49,560 nt of DNA from Candidatus Adlerbacteria bacterium (GTDB taxonomy: Bacteria > Patescibacteriota > Minisyncoccia > Phycocordibacterales > SBAW01): assembly GCA_037135035.1 (NCBI GenBank), contig JBAXLB010000001.1:160465-210024 (forward strand), written 5' to 3'. Shown piece after piece: positions 18,052 to 28,001 of this stretch (position 1 is the first letter of the stretch; every line of letters begins with the position of its first letter). Both the position numbers and the translations under genes were made by a program. The notes under the pieces were generated by a model. It was given only the letters and a program-made list of their open reading frames with translations, made no database searches and was not told the DNA's origin.

Positions 18052-18699
18052 ATGAGTCAAAAAACAATTCTCGGTATAGGATCTTTACTTATTCTTATTG
18101 CTCTCGGCGCATACGGCTATACACACTACACGTCGCCGGCGTCGACTACAGTTTCAAACGCAGATGACTCGGCAATACGTGCTGTGGTAGAAGACTACGG
18201 CAAAACACTCGGGGAAGATCGGCTCGACATTGTGTCTGTCACACCGCGGGTTTCGGGGAAAGCATTCGAGTCCTACCAGGTAGAAGCGAATATGGTGGTG
18301 ATGGACGCGTCGCAAGGAGGTGGGGAAGCACCTGTTGGTGTCCAACCACTTTCGCTCACGGTTGAAAAACAGGGGAGTGCGTGGGTAATAACAGCATTTA
18401 CCAAAGGCGCATACAGCGAACTCCCGCACAGCCAAACCATTGTAGGTTTTTGGGAATGTTTGCCACACAAAAACACGAGCGGTCCGCAAACTATGGAATG
18501 TGCGTTTGGCATAGCTCGTGACCAAAGTGACGGACACTATGCAATAGACACGTCATTGATGTCGACGTACCCAGTCGACTTTCCAACGGGCACCAAAGTG
18601 CAGGTGACAGGTATTGTCACGCCGGCCAACCAATTAAGCAGTGTGCAAAAATATGACATCGACGGCGTTATACGTGCCACAAGTATTGTAAAAATATAA
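18052..18699 (+). CDS. Hypothetical membrane-anchored extracellular protein
   Basis: N-terminal TM; C-terminal beta-rich domain with CLPH...ECAFG Cys pair. Confidence 0.8.
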   Translation: MSQKTILGIGSLLILIALGAYGYTHYTSPASTTVSNADDSAIRAVVEDYGKTLGEDRLDIVSVTPRVSGKAFESYQVEANMVVMDASQGGGEAPVGVQPLSLTVEKQGSAWVITAFTKGAYSELPHSQTIVGFWECLPHKNTSGPQTMECAFGIARDQSDGHYAIDTSLMSTYPVDFPTGTKVQVTGIVTPANQLSSVQKYDIDGVIRATSIVKI

Positions 18700-18737
18700 A
18701 AAGAAAAAGCGGTTGGATTTTTAGGTCCTTCCGCTTT
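18697..18737 (-). terminator. Intrinsic terminator of cassette D
   Basis: aaagcgg...ccgcttt stem, tail TTTTTCTTTTTA overlapping the neighbour's TAA. Confidence 0.7.
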
Positions 18738-18745
18738 CAATACTT

Positions 18746-19006
18746 CTAGTAACGTCGCCGTCTGTGCGGGTAGTACGTGACGTACGCCGGGGCCGGGTAG
18801 TAGACCACTGGTGCAGGAGTGATATACGCCGACTGGTAGTACGTCACTCTGTACTGTGGCGGTGGCGGTGGAGCCGGAGCCACATCGTACACGACCGTCC
18901 TCTGCGGAGGGGGTGCGTCGTACATCACCGCTGGCCTGACCTCATAAATGGCGCACCCACCGAGGGCTACCGGCAGTATCAGGCAAGCCAAAAGAACTTG
19001 TCGCAT
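18746..19006 (-). CDS. Cassette D: small Pro/Tyr-rich putative lipoprotein
   Basis: Signal MRQVLLACLILPVALGG-C (lipobox-like), poly-Pro and YYP repeats, basic tail; SD GGGAG. Confidence 0.7.
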   Translation of the reverse strand: MRQVLLACLILPVALGGCAIYEVRPAVMYDAPPPQRTVVYDVAPAPPPPPQYRVTYYQSAYITPAPVVYYPAPAYVTYYPHRRRRY

Positions 19007-19036
19007 GTACGTCTCCCAAGATGAGAATCCTATAAA

Positions 19037-19065
19037 ACTATAGGACTTTTTTAACTCTTAGTCAA
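19037..19065 (-). promoter_or_regulatory. Promoter of cassette D
   Basis: TTGACT-17-TATAGT, one base after the yqeY stop codon. Confidence 0.8.
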
Positions 19066-19066
19066 C

Positions 19067-19519
19067 TTAGGCAAACATGCCGTCGATTACCTCTTTGACG
19101 ACGTTGCCGTCGGCTTTTCCTTTCAAGTCTTTCATCAGCATACCCATCAGTTGGTTTGCTTTTGTTTTGTCAGTTATGCCAAGCTCTGCAGCTTTTGCAG
19201 TGGCGAGTACCTGCACATCTTCCTTACTCATCAGCGCAGGCAGGAAGCTGTCTAGAATAACCAGTTCTTCTTTTTCTTTGTCGGCCAAGTCGGCGCGGCC
19301 GCCTTTTTCAAACTGTTCGATAGAGTCTTTGCGCTGTTTTGCACCGCGGCGGATAAGTGCGTTTAAGTCGTCTTCGCTCAACTCGTCGGTTGGTTTTTTA
19401 CCCTTGGCAACAAGTTCGTTTGTGGCGTTTGAAAGTAGACCACGTAGTACCGAGAGGCGGACTTCCGCGCGCGCCTTCATCGCTGCTTTTATCTGCTCTC
19501 TAAGTTCAAGGTGGGTCAT
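19067..19519 (-). CDS. GatB/YqeY domain protein
   Basis: IKAAMKAR, KQRKDSIEQFEKGGRADLADKE, LKGKADG. Confidence 0.93.
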   Translation of the reverse strand: MTHLELREQIKAAMKARAEVRLSVLRGLLSNATNELVAKGKKPTDELSEDDLNALIRRGAKQRKDSIEQFEKGGRADLADKEKEELVILDSFLPALMSKEDVQVLATAKAAELGITDKTKANQLMGMLMKDLKGKADGNVVKEVIDGMFA

Positions 19520-19566
19520 ATGCAGGTAATACTACCAAAAAAACCTTTCGTGATAAACTGCTTGCT

Positions 19567-20667
19567 ATGACGCAAATACTTATAGGGCTGTTGATACTTA
19601 TAGCACTCGGCAACGGTGCATTTTTATACATGTTGTGGAAAAAAGGCCAGGAGCCTGCTGCTGTGCCTCCAACCGACACGCAGGGGATGCTGTTGCTCCA
19701 AAACCAACTTGCAGAGCTTACTCGTGCGATGGACAGCAAACTAGGCGAAGGTACCAAGACAATGTCCGACTTTATGTCGAGCCAGACAAACCAGGGCCAC
19801 CAGTTGATGAGCACTATTACCAAACAAGTGCAGGAACAGTTGCTTGAAGTGGTTAAGGGTGTGACAGAAACAAAAGAGTCGACCAAGCAAGTCTTTGTTA
19901 TCGCCGAACAGCTAAGCAATTTAGAAAAAGTATTAAAAAATCAAAAACAGCGCGGTAACTTGGGCGAGGCCAGCTTGGAACTTGTGATGAGCAACATCTT
20001 GCCCCCGGGCGCGTATGCGATGCAGTTTGAGTTCCCAGGAGGGGAGACAGTTGACGCGATAATCCGCACAAAAGAAGGTTTTATCCCTGTGGATGCAAAA
20101 TTCCCGCTCGAAAACTACACTCGTATCCACGACGAAAAAGATGACGACCGCCGTAAGGAATTTGAAGAGGCATTTAAGCGCGACCTAAAAAAGCGTATCG
20201 ACGAAACGAGCAAATATGTGCGCCCCAAAGACGGCACACTGCCCTTTGCCTTTATGTATATTCCGGCCGAAAGCATTTATTACGACCTATTGAACGACGG
20301 CATAGGCGCGGTAAATACCCGGAGCCTACTGGATTACGCGCAGAATGAGAAAAAGGTAATTATTGTCTCACCCACAACATTTGCCGCATACCTACAGTCG
20401 GTGCTGTATGGCTTTAAAGCATTTAAAATTGAAGAGCAGGCAAAAGATATTGCTAAGAACGTCGAGGCTCTGGGGCGGCATATAAACGCATACCAGGACT
20501 ATTACAAGAAGCTGGGAGCAGCGCTTTCCACCACCGTTAACCACTTTAACGCCGGCACCAAGGAATTGGGCAAGATCGAAAAGGACGTGCTCAAAATTGA
20601 CGCATCGGCTGATATTGCAATAGACATTGCCGTTATCGACCGGCCACTTATAGAGGGGAAGGATTAA
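19567..20667 (+). CDS. rmuC: DNA recombination protein RmuC
   Basis: KQRGNLGE, VDAKFPLENY, FAFMYIPAESIY, VSPTT. Confidence 0.93.
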   Translation: MTQILIGLLILIALGNGAFLYMLWKKGQEPAAVPPTDTQGMLLLQNQLAELTRAMDSKLGEGTKTMSDFMSSQTNQGHQLMSTITKQVQEQLLEVVKGVTETKESTKQVFVIAEQLSNLEKVLKNQKQRGNLGEASLELVMSNILPPGAYAMQFEFPGGETVDAIIRTKEGFIPVDAKFPLENYTRIHDEKDDDRRKEFEEAFKRDLKKRIDETSKYVRPKDGTLPFAFMYIPAESIYYDLLNDGIGAVNTRSLLDYAQNEKKVIIVSPTTFAAYLQSVLYGFKAFKIEEQAKDIAKNVEALGRHINAYQDYYKKLGAALSTTVNHFNAGTKELGKIEKDVLKIDASADIAIDIAVIDRPLIEGKD

Positions 20668-20701
20668 AAAAAGAAAAGGCCGGACTTCTTCGTCCGGCCT
20701 T
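20665..20701 (-). terminator. Intrinsic terminator of cassette E
   Basis: 10-bp stem aaggccggac/gtccggcctt, tail TTTTCTTTTTTTA overlapping the rmuC stop. Confidence 0.85.
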
Positions 20702-20709
20702 GGGTCTGG

Positions 20710-21156
20710 TTAAACTTTGCTTGCCTCGTCGAAGAGAGACTCGACCAGCTTTGTGTATTGAGGTGCCCAGTCTCGAATGATAGTCAGAGTGTGGACCGCC
20801 TCGCGGTCTTCACGAATGAGGCGAAGGAGCTCGGCACGACCTTTTTGGGCCAGCTCTCGGCCTATCCTCGACCCAAACCACCGCCCACCGAAGGTGCAGA
20901 CGATGAGGATCACTGAAATGAGGCCCACCACGAACCACAGGTCATTCGTGGGGTCTGTGAGGAAGGTAGGCTTCCATTTGAGCGTTATCGCCCCGATGAA
21001 AACTAGTGCGATCACCATGCCGAACAAAGCCCCTTTTGCAGCGTTCTGCTCGTTAATGCTGATTGAGGAGAACAGCCGCTTCAGTTCCACGGACCTGTTT
21101 TGAACCTCCTGTAGAGCCGCTTGCCTCATCTTGGCATTGGCGTCGATATGTACCAT
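20710..21156 (-). CDS. Cassette E: hypothetical two-TM membrane protein
   Basis: Two hydrophobic segments; SD AGAGGA; TTGACC(21230-21235)-17-TACAAC. Confidence 0.75.
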   Translation of the reverse strand: MVHIDANAKMRQAALQEVQNRSVELKRLFSSISINEQNAAKGALFGMVIALVFIGAITLKWKPTFLTDPTNDLWFVVGLISVILIVCTFGGRWFGSRIGRELAQKGRAELLRLIREDREAVHTLTIIRDWAPQYTKLVESLFDEASKV

Positions 21157-21280
21157 GGAGTCCTCTTTTCTCGGTTGAAGGAGTCGAGGGACGTACCTCT
21201 GGCGTAGTTGTACCTATAAAAATAAGCCAGGTCAACCTGACTTGCATAAAAAGCTCTTTTTAGGTATATTGTTTCGGTCT

Positions 21281-21619
21281 ATGGCAACTAAAGAAATGGC
21301 AAAGGAGTTCGCAATAATCGAGACCGGAGGCAAGCAATATCTTGTCGCGGAAGGCGATACCCTTAAGATCGAAAAACTGATGGGCGACCACAAAGTGGGC
21401 GACTCAGTTGCGTTCGACAATGTCCTCCTTGCTCAACATGGCGAGGACACAACCATCGGCACCCCTTATATTAAGGGTGCAAAAGTCTCTGCAGAAATTT
21501 CAAAAATCTCTCGTGCAAAGAAAGTCGTAGTTATTAAATACAAAGCAAAGAGCAACTATTTTAAAAAGCGCGGCCATCGCCAGCCATTTTTTGAGGTAAA
21601 AATCTCAAGCATCAAATAA
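21281..21619 (+). CDS. rplU: 50S ribosomal protein L21
   Basis: FAIIETGGKQYLV, IGTPY, KRGHRQPF. Confidence 0.97.
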   Translation: MATKEMAKEFAIIETGGKQYLVAEGDTLKIEKLMGDHKVGDSVAFDNVLLAQHGEDTTIGTPYIKGAKVSAEISKISRAKKVVVIKYKAKSNYFKKRGHRQPFFEVKISSIK

Positions 21620-21646
21620 TCCGCCATTCGGCGGGTTTTTTGTTTT
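21618..21646 (+). terminator. Terminator after rplU
   Basis: ccgcc-attc-ggcgg followed by T tract. Confidence 0.7.
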
Positions 21647-21691
21647 AGAAAAAGAAAGACCGCCTAATGGAAGAGGTCTTCCGTAGGCGGT
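21647..21691 (-). terminator. Intrinsic terminator of cassette F
   Basis: accgccta...taggcggt stem, tail TTTCTTTTT. Confidence 0.8.
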
Positions 21692-21698
21692 GTTGGTT

Positions 21699-22190
21699 TC
21701 AGCCGAGCTGGCGGTAATAGGATTCCGGGTAGTGATCCGGTTCTTCGAGGAAGTCCTCGCACTCAAATTGGCGGCCGACGAAAATTGTCTGTTGAACCGA
21801 GTGGTCCACGACGGCATAAGCGCCGTCGGTGCACTTGAGAATAGTGCATTCGTCGGGGTCCCAATACTCCAGTGCCCAGTCGGGGCAGACGAAGCCGATT
21901 TCCGGCCCACTCTGGCGCGTGTGCTTCTTGCCGTCGACGAGAGTGACCTCGGCGTTAGCGGGAATGGTTGCGTCGTGGGTCTGCCCATTCGGCAAGGTGA
22001 CTCGGATGTATCCGGAGTGCTTGTCGGCGAAGTAGACCTCGATTTCGCCGTGTCGCTTGTACGACCTCTTCTGACCCGCTTTCAGGGATTGCTTGATCCC
22101 ACCGAGTCGGAGCACGACTTCGTTCTTGGCGACGTAGAGGTTGGGATAGCGGCCGAGCAGGATCGGACCCGCAAATTCTGGCAGTGCCAT
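21699..22190 (-). CDS. Cassette F: hypothetical protein (163 aa)
   Basis: SD AAAGGA 6 nt before ATG 22190; TTGACT at 22255-22260; no family recognised. Confidence 0.7.
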   Translation of the reverse strand: MALPEFAGPILLGRYPNLYVAKNEVVLRLGGIKQSLKAGQKRSYKRHGEIEVYFADKHSGYIRVTLPNGQTHDATIPANAEVTLVDGKKHTRQSGPEIGFVCPDWALEYWDPDECTILKCTDGAYAVVDHSVQQTIFVGRQFECEDFLEEPDHYPESYYRQLG

Positions 22191-22267
22191 GATCTTTCCT
22201 TTGGTTTCTGCACGGAACGTGTGCCACAGGCAAATCAGCACGTATTTATTTAAAAGTCAATAGAAGG

Positions 22268-22885
22268 CTAATTTCGAGATGAAAGAGCGCTTGCGATAGT
22301 GTCGGGGTCGGCGTATTCGAGCTCGGAGCCCGTTGAGAGGCCACGGCCAAGGGAGGAAACGCGGAAGTTGAGACCTTCTGAAATTGGGCGGATTTTTTCC
22401 TGGAGTATCAGCCGTGTGTGATCGCCTTCGGTTGTTGCTGAAAGACCCAAAATAAGCTCGTTCAGTTCGAGCTTTGATGCCTCTGCTTCGATACGGCGGA
22501 GTAACTCCTGCATACGCACGTGGCGCTCTGGCTGCTCGCTTGCGAGTGGTATCGTGCCACCAAGCACAAAGTACAGCCCACGGAAGCCGCTATGCTCGAC
22601 ATTTTCTATATCGGCATCTTTCTCTACCACAAAGAGTGTTGCAGCGTCACGTTTTGCATTACCGCAAATGTTGCACAGGCCGCGTTCCTCTTCATTTTTT
22701 ACAAACCAGCGATAGCACTTTTTGCATTGCGCGGTTTCGGTCCCCAAGTGGCGTATACTTTCAGCCAGGTCGCTGCGGAACCCGGCTTGTTCGGCAAGTA
22801 AAAATTGCACAAAACGGCGCGCCTGGCGGGGGCCAATGCCGGGGAAGCGTTCAAATAAATCTGTAAGTCGGTCGAGTGGGTTCAC
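22268..22885 (-). CDS. recR: Recombination mediator RecR
   Basis: FPGIGPRQARR, CxxC..CxxC, YFVLGG, TTEGDHT, GSELEYAD. Confidence 0.95.
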   Translation of the reverse strand: MNPLDRLTDLFERFPGIGPRQARRFVQFLLAEQAGFRSDLAESIRHLGTETAQCKKCYRWFVKNEEERGLCNICGNAKRDAATLFVVEKDADIENVEHSGFRGLYFVLGGTIPLASEQPERHVRMQELLRRIEAEASKLELNELILGLSATTEGDHTRLILQEKIRPISEGLNFRVSSLGRGLSTGSELEYADPDTIASALSSRN

Positions 22886-22891
22886 GATAAT

Positions 22892-24268
22892 TTAAAAGTC
22901 CGCAACGCCAGTGTCGAAGGCGCCGAAGTCGGTTTTTTCAAGCGACTGGAAGCTAGTGCGCTTGTCATCGAAGTACAGCTCGACCATACCGACCGGGCCG
23001 TTACGATGTTTTTCGATCAAGATTTCAGCGATGTTTGGCCGTTCACTTTCTTTGTTTGTTTTGTCGTCGCGGTGGATAAACATAACGACGTCTGCGTCTT
23101 GTTCAATAGAGCCAGAGTCGCGCAGGTCAGAGAGACGCGGTTTGCCGCCGCGCTGCTCCACAGCACGCGAGAGCTGCGACAGGGCAATAACGGGCACATC
23201 GAGTTCGCGCGCCAAGTTTTTAAGCGAGCGCGAAATTTCTGTCACTTGCTGCACCATAGAGTCGGACGCACGCGCAGTTGTGGGCGCCAAGAGCTGCAAG
23301 TAGTCGACAACAATTAAGTCGAGCCCGCTATCGCGTTTTAGACGACGTGCAACCGAGCGCATTTTTAAAATGTTGTTGCCTGGCTGGTCGTCGATAAAAA
23401 TTGGTGCACGCGAAAGGCGGTCGTACGCATCGCGGATGCGGTCAAAGTCTTCTTGGTCGGTGATGCGGCCGGTACGCAAATTCCACGAGTTCACTTTTGC
23501 CTCGGCGGCCACCATACGGTCGACAAGTTGCTGTGCGCTCATTTCGAGCGAGAAAAAGCCTACCGTTGTGCCATGTTGTATGGCGCTCTGGCGCGCAATG
23601 TCGAGTGCAAGGCTGGTTTTACCCACGGAAGGCCGAGCTGCCAAAATAATGAGGTCCGACTTTTGGAAGCCTGCGAGCATTTTGTCGAGTTCGGCAAACC
23701 CTGTGCGTACACCGCGCAGCTCGCCTTTGTTGTCCTGCAAACGCTCAAAGTTTTCCCACGCGAGCGCGAGCGTTTCTTTAAGAGATGTAAATTTGGAAAG
23801 GGAAGGGCTTTCGGTTACTTGGTAGATTTTTTTCTCTGCTTTGTCGAGTGTTTCGTCGATGTCGCCGCTTTCGTCAAACCCAAGTTCGGCAACAAATTCG
23901 CCCGCATCAATAAGTGAGCGGAGCATAAACTTTTTTTGTACTTGCTCGGCGTAGTGCTTTGCGTTGGACGCTGCCGGTACGTCGGAGACAAGTTCGGCCA
24001 GGTAGGTGACGCCGCCGATACTCTCGAGCGCTTTGTCGTCGGAAAGGCGCGAGCGAACGCTTTCAATATCTATCGGTTCGTTTTTGCTAAAGAGCAGCAG
24101 CATGGCACGGTAAATGATGCGGTGCTTTTCGCTGTAAAAGGCGTCGGCCGAAAGTACTTCGGTACTTTCGCTCATACCTTCGGGGCGGATCATAAGCGCA
24201 CCCAGAAGAGCCTTTTCAGACTCTACTGTTTGCGGAGGCATGCGCAGCTTGTCGTCTCTTTTTACCAT
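22892..24268 (-). CDS. dnaB: Replicative DNA helicase
   Basis: AARPSVGKT, FSLEMS, VVDYLQL, ALSQLSR, LRDSGSIEQDAD. Confidence 0.98.
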   Translation of the reverse strand: MVKRDDKLRMPPQTVESEKALLGALMIRPEGMSESTEVLSADAFYSEKHRIIYRAMLLLFSKNEPIDIESVRSRLSDDKALESIGGVTYLAELVSDVPAASNAKHYAEQVQKKFMLRSLIDAGEFVAELGFDESGDIDETLDKAEKKIYQVTESPSLSKFTSLKETLALAWENFERLQDNKGELRGVRTGFAELDKMLAGFQKSDLIILAARPSVGKTSLALDIARQSAIQHGTTVGFFSLEMSAQQLVDRMVAAEAKVNSWNLRTGRITDQEDFDRIRDAYDRLSRAPIFIDDQPGNNILKMRSVARRLKRDSGLDLIVVDYLQLLAPTTARASDSMVQQVTEISRSLKNLARELDVPVIALSQLSRAVEQRGGKPRLSDLRDSGSIEQDADVVMFIHRDDKTNKESERPNIAEILIEKHRNGPVGMVELYFDDKRTSFQSLEKTDFGAFDTGVADF

Positions 24269-24343
24269 CCACTACAGAGTACCTTTTTTATGCGCTGCCT
24301 CCAAAAGGACAGCCCCGTGGACAAAAAGGGGATAGTTCCGGGC

Positions 24344-25765
24344 TTATTTTTGAGTAATTTCTTGCCCTTCTGCGCCGTCTTTAACCGCAAACCCCAGCGC
24401 TTCTATTTTTAGTCTAAGTTCGTCAGCAAGAGTAAAATTTTTTGCTAGGCGAGCATTACCACGTTCTTTTAAAAGTGTATCTAGTTCGCCTTTAGGTTCA
24501 ACTGCAAGTTTTTTGGGGGGACGCGCTTCAGCAAAACCCAATCCTAGTACTTCATCAACTTTTTTGAGGGTTGATTTATTAAGTGTAGGCAAGTGCTGCC
24601 AGACAAGCGCAAGTGCTTGTGCGGTGCCTAAGTCGTTTGCAATACATGCATAAAACTTTTGCAAAAATTCTTTGTCTAGTTCGCCCTCTTTCATTTCTAA
24701 ATATGCGCGGGTGAGCCGTGCAAGTGCGGTGTTGGCGCCTTCGAGCGCGTCCCAGGTAAAGTTCATAGGCGAACGATAGTGCCCGGTCAAGTACCAGTAA
24801 CGCAACGCACGGGGGGAAAACCCACGGTCCATAAAACCTTTTAGTGTAATAGCGTTACCAACAGACTTGCCGATGCGCTTAGACTCGATGGTAATAAATT
24901 CGTTATGCATCCAATAACGAACAAATTGTTTTCCTGTTACTGCTTCGGCTTGTGCGATTTCGTTATTGTGATGGATAGAAATATGGTCGATACCTCCAGT
25001 GTGGATGTCTATCTGTTTTCCGAGCAAGGTAAAGATCATCGCGGTGCATTCAATGTGCCACCCCGGGAACCCGAGCCCCCAGGGCGACTTCCACCCAACC
25101 TTGTTGTCAGACTTCCACAATATAAAGTCAGCAGGATTTCGTTTTTCCGGATTTATTTCGAGCCGGGCACCCGCCTCCTGTTCGACTGCGTTTATACCAC
25201 CAAGTTTGCCGTAGCCTGCAAATTTTTTTGTATCAAAGTAAACACCGTCGCTCGCCCTATATGCGTACCCCTTTTGTTCGAGTGTGCTAATGAGTGCTAT
25301 CTGTTCTGGGACATAGGCGCTTGCGCGAGGGAAGGTTATGCGTTTTGTCTCGACGCCAATAGAAGTAAGGTCTTCCAAAAAAGCTTCCGCGTATCTCTCG
25401 GCCAAAACGTGCATGTTCTTCATGGTCAATGCAAGCCCTTCGCGTTTGAGGCCTTTTGTCATTTTGTCTTCGCCTTCGTCAGCGTCGGAAATTAAATGGC
25501 CGAAGTCGGTAATATTTATGACCTGTTTAACGTTGTAGTGCCACACGTCGAGTGTGCGGCGCAGCGTGTCAGCAAAAATATACGACCGCAAGTTACCTAT
25601 AGTTGCATAGTCGTACACGGTAGGGCCGCAGTTGTACATCTTTACCTCTTTTGCGGAAAGGGGAGTAAACGCCTCCAGCGTGCCCGAAAGCGTGCTGTGG
25701 AGCATAAGTGGCGGCAGGTCTGCCGACCCAGCCGTGGGTTTGGTTCGTTTCAGAAATGAAAACAT
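24344..25765 (-). CDS. cysS: Cysteine--tRNA ligase
   Basis: MYNCGPTVY, NITD, DFILWK, GFPGWHIEC, DIHTGGID, HYRS. Confidence 0.96.
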   Translation of the reverse strand: MFSFLKRTKPTAGSADLPPLMLHSTLSGTLEAFTPLSAKEVKMYNCGPTVYDYATIGNLRSYIFADTLRRTLDVWHYNVKQVINITDFGHLISDADEGEDKMTKGLKREGLALTMKNMHVLAERYAEAFLEDLTSIGVETKRITFPRASAYVPEQIALISTLEQKGYAYRASDGVYFDTKKFAGYGKLGGINAVEQEAGARLEINPEKRNPADFILWKSDNKVGWKSPWGLGFPGWHIECTAMIFTLLGKQIDIHTGGIDHISIHHNNEIAQAEAVTGKQFVRYWMHNEFITIESKRIGKSVGNAITLKGFMDRGFSPRALRYWYLTGHYRSPMNFTWDALEGANTALARLTRAYLEMKEGELDKEFLQKFYACIANDLGTAQALALVWQHLPTLNKSTLKKVDEVLGLGFAEARPPKKLAVEPKGELDTLLKERGNARLAKNFTLADELRLKIEALGFAVKDGAEGQEITQK

Positions 25766-25771
25766 GTAAGT

Positions 25772-26683
25772 TTAGAGCCAGTCTTTATATTTAAAATAGG
25801 CAAAGCACGCGCAGGCAACGACCGCCATACCGCCTGATACTATCCAAAAATCGTATTGGTTGCCAATGATAGGCATGTGCTGCGCGTTCATCCCAAAAAG
25901 CCCTGCGATAAACGACAGCGGCAAGAAAAAGAATGTGAGCACCGTAAACGTCTTCATTATTTCATTTTGTTTTGTCGACAAGAGCGAATTATTTGTCTCG
26001 CGCAGCTCTGTTAGGGAGTCGTGCAAGTTTAGTAAGGTGCGTCGAATACGTTCGTACGCGCCTTCCAGGTTGCGCAGATGGTAGGAAAATTCTGAACCAA
26101 ACATACGTGTGCCGACCGGCTCAAACGACTTCAGCATTTCTTCGTGCGGAGCAAGCGACTGTTTAAAGTCGTGTATGGTGCGGCCCACTTTGGAAAGTTC
26201 TGCAACCATGCGGCGTTCGTCGCCGCTAAAAATATGCCCTTCAATATCTTGTAGGCGGCGGTGCACGTTGCTACAACCATTTTCGAGGGCTTGGTAGAGA
26301 TTGCGCACCATAGAGATAAACAAATGGCCTCCGTGAGAGGTTGCCGTGTCTGTCCCCAGCACGCCGGCAACTTCAAATGCTTTTGCAAATGAATGGAGCG
26401 GGTCGACATTTTCGTACCGCGTGGTTATCAAAAAGTTTTTACCAATCAAAAAATCTATCTCCTGTTCGGGAGTTTGGTGCATGCTCCGCATAATAGGGAA
26501 ATGCAAAATGACATATATAACGTCGCCGCGTTTTTCTACCTTGGGTTTGTAGGAGGGGAGTAAAAGCTCTTCAGCAATAAGGGGGTCTATGCCAAATTCG
26601 TGCATTAAGCCGCGCACTTCTGCCGGCGTTGGCGAAACGCAGTCTATCCACACGAGATTCTCGCGCACGTATCTCGTCAACAT
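25772..26683 (-). CDS. corA: CorA-family Mg2+ transporter
   Basis: NEIMKTFT, GLFGMN signature, two C-terminal TMs. Confidence 0.9.
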   Translation of the reverse strand: MLTRYVRENLVWIDCVSPTPAEVRGLMHEFGIDPLIAEELLLPSYKPKVEKRGDVIYVILHFPIMRSMHQTPEQEIDFLIGKNFLITTRYENVDPLHSFAKAFEVAGVLGTDTATSHGGHLFISMVRNLYQALENGCSNVHRRLQDIEGHIFSGDERRMVAELSKVGRTIHDFKQSLAPHEEMLKSFEPVGTRMFGSEFSYHLRNLEGAYERIRRTLLNLHDSLTELRETNNSLLSTKQNEIMKTFTVLTFFFLPLSFIAGLFGMNAQHMPIIGNQYDFWIVSGGMAVVACACFAYFKYKDWL

Positions 26684-26749
26684 ATAGAAATAGTATAGCA
26701 CCACAAAATCGCATCCAATATTCCATTTGTGATATACTGACAGCCACGT

Positions 26750-27979
26750 ATGACATCATCTAAATGGAAGGCAGCAGCGGTACTTGTAGCAATTGTCGGA
26801 GCATTTTATGTAGGTGTCTCGATGCACCAACAGAGCGTTTCTGCGGCGGGTGGCATTACAACGAATGTAGTTTCTAGCACAAGCCAACCAACAGACGTAG
26901 ACATGAAGCAGTTTTGGACTGCATACCAACTGCTTAACAGCAACTTTGTGATGGTTCACGCATCAAGCACATTCCCAACAGAGCAAGAACAAATATACGG
27001 CGCAATTGCCGGCCTAACACAGAGCTTTAACGACCCCTACACTGTCTTTTTCCCACCGTCCGACGCGACGGTGTTCCAGCAGGACATCAGCGGCTCATTT
27101 GGAGGCGTTGGTATGGAAATAGACAACAATGCATCGGGGCAGCTGGTGGTTGTTTCTGCACTTAAAAATACTCCAGCAGAACGTGCGGGTATACAGAGCG
27201 GCGACATTATCGTGGCCATTGGTGCAACAAGTACGGCAAACATCCCTTCCGACCAAGCCGTTAAAATTATTCGCGGACCCATCGGGACAACGGTTACTCT
27301 CAAAATACAACGCGTAGGGGAAGCAAAACCTCTGAGCGTTTCAATTGTTCGCGACACTATCAATATCCCAGTTCTCGACACACACAAACGTGACGACGGG
27401 ATATTTGTTATCAACCTCTACAGCTTTTCAGAAAATTCTGTTGACCTCTTCCGCGCTGCGCTGCGCCAGTTTATACAGTCGGGAGACACCAAGCTTATCC
27501 TCGACCTACGTGGCAACCCAGGCGGGTACCTAGACGCGGCAGTTAACATGGCAAGCTACTTCTTGCCAGTTGGCGACACGGTGGTGACAGAAGACTTTAA
27601 GGGCAAACAAGACAATGTCGACCATCGCAGTCTTGGGTACAACATCTTCCAAGGTAATTCGAACTTTAAAATGGCAATATTGGTAAACCAAGGCTCCGCG
27701 TCGGCGTCAGAGATTTTGGCAGGTGCTTTGCAACAACACGGAGTGGCAAAACTTGTGGGTACGCGTAGTTTTGGGAAAGGCTCGGTGCAAGAGCTGATGG
27801 ACTTAGGTGGTGGAGCAGAACTTAAGGTCACTATTGCTCGCTGGCTGACACCAAACGGTAGCTCAATTTCAGACGGCGGTTTGCAGCCCGACATCCAAGC
27901 TGCACGCAGCCTGGACGACGTAAAAGCAGGCAACGACCCGCAAACAAACGCAGCGGTTCTGTATTTGCTCAACAACTAA
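26750..27979 (+). CDS. S41 carboxyl-terminal processing protease
   Basis: [33 protein letters not shown]. Confidence 0.95.
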   Translation: MTSSKWKAAAVLVAIVGAFYVGVSMHQQSVSAAGGITTNVVSSTSQPTDVDMKQFWTAYQLLNSNFVMVHASSTFPTEQEQIYGAIAGLTQSFNDPYTVFFPPSDATVFQQDISGSFGGVGMEIDNNASGQLVVVSALKNTPAERAGIQSGDIIVAIGATSTANIPSDQAVKIIRGPIGTTVTLKIQRVGEAKPLSVSIVRDTINIPVLDTHKRDDGIFVINLYSFSENSVDLFRAALRQFIQSGDTKLILDLRGNPGGYLDAAVNMASYFLPVGDTVVTEDFKGKQDNVDHRSLGYNIFQGNSNFKMAILVNQGSASASEILAGALQQHGVAKLVGTRSFGKGSVQELMDLGGGAELKVTIARWLTPNGSSISDGGLQPDIQAARSLDDVKAGNDPQTNAAVLYLLNN

Positions 27980-28001
27980 TACCAGTGTAATTTCTCCGGA
28001 T

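Noticed and set aside
21690-22253. 187-aa plus-strand ORF opposite cassette F
   Set aside because: The minus-strand ORF has the promoter, SD and terminator; the plus frame has none
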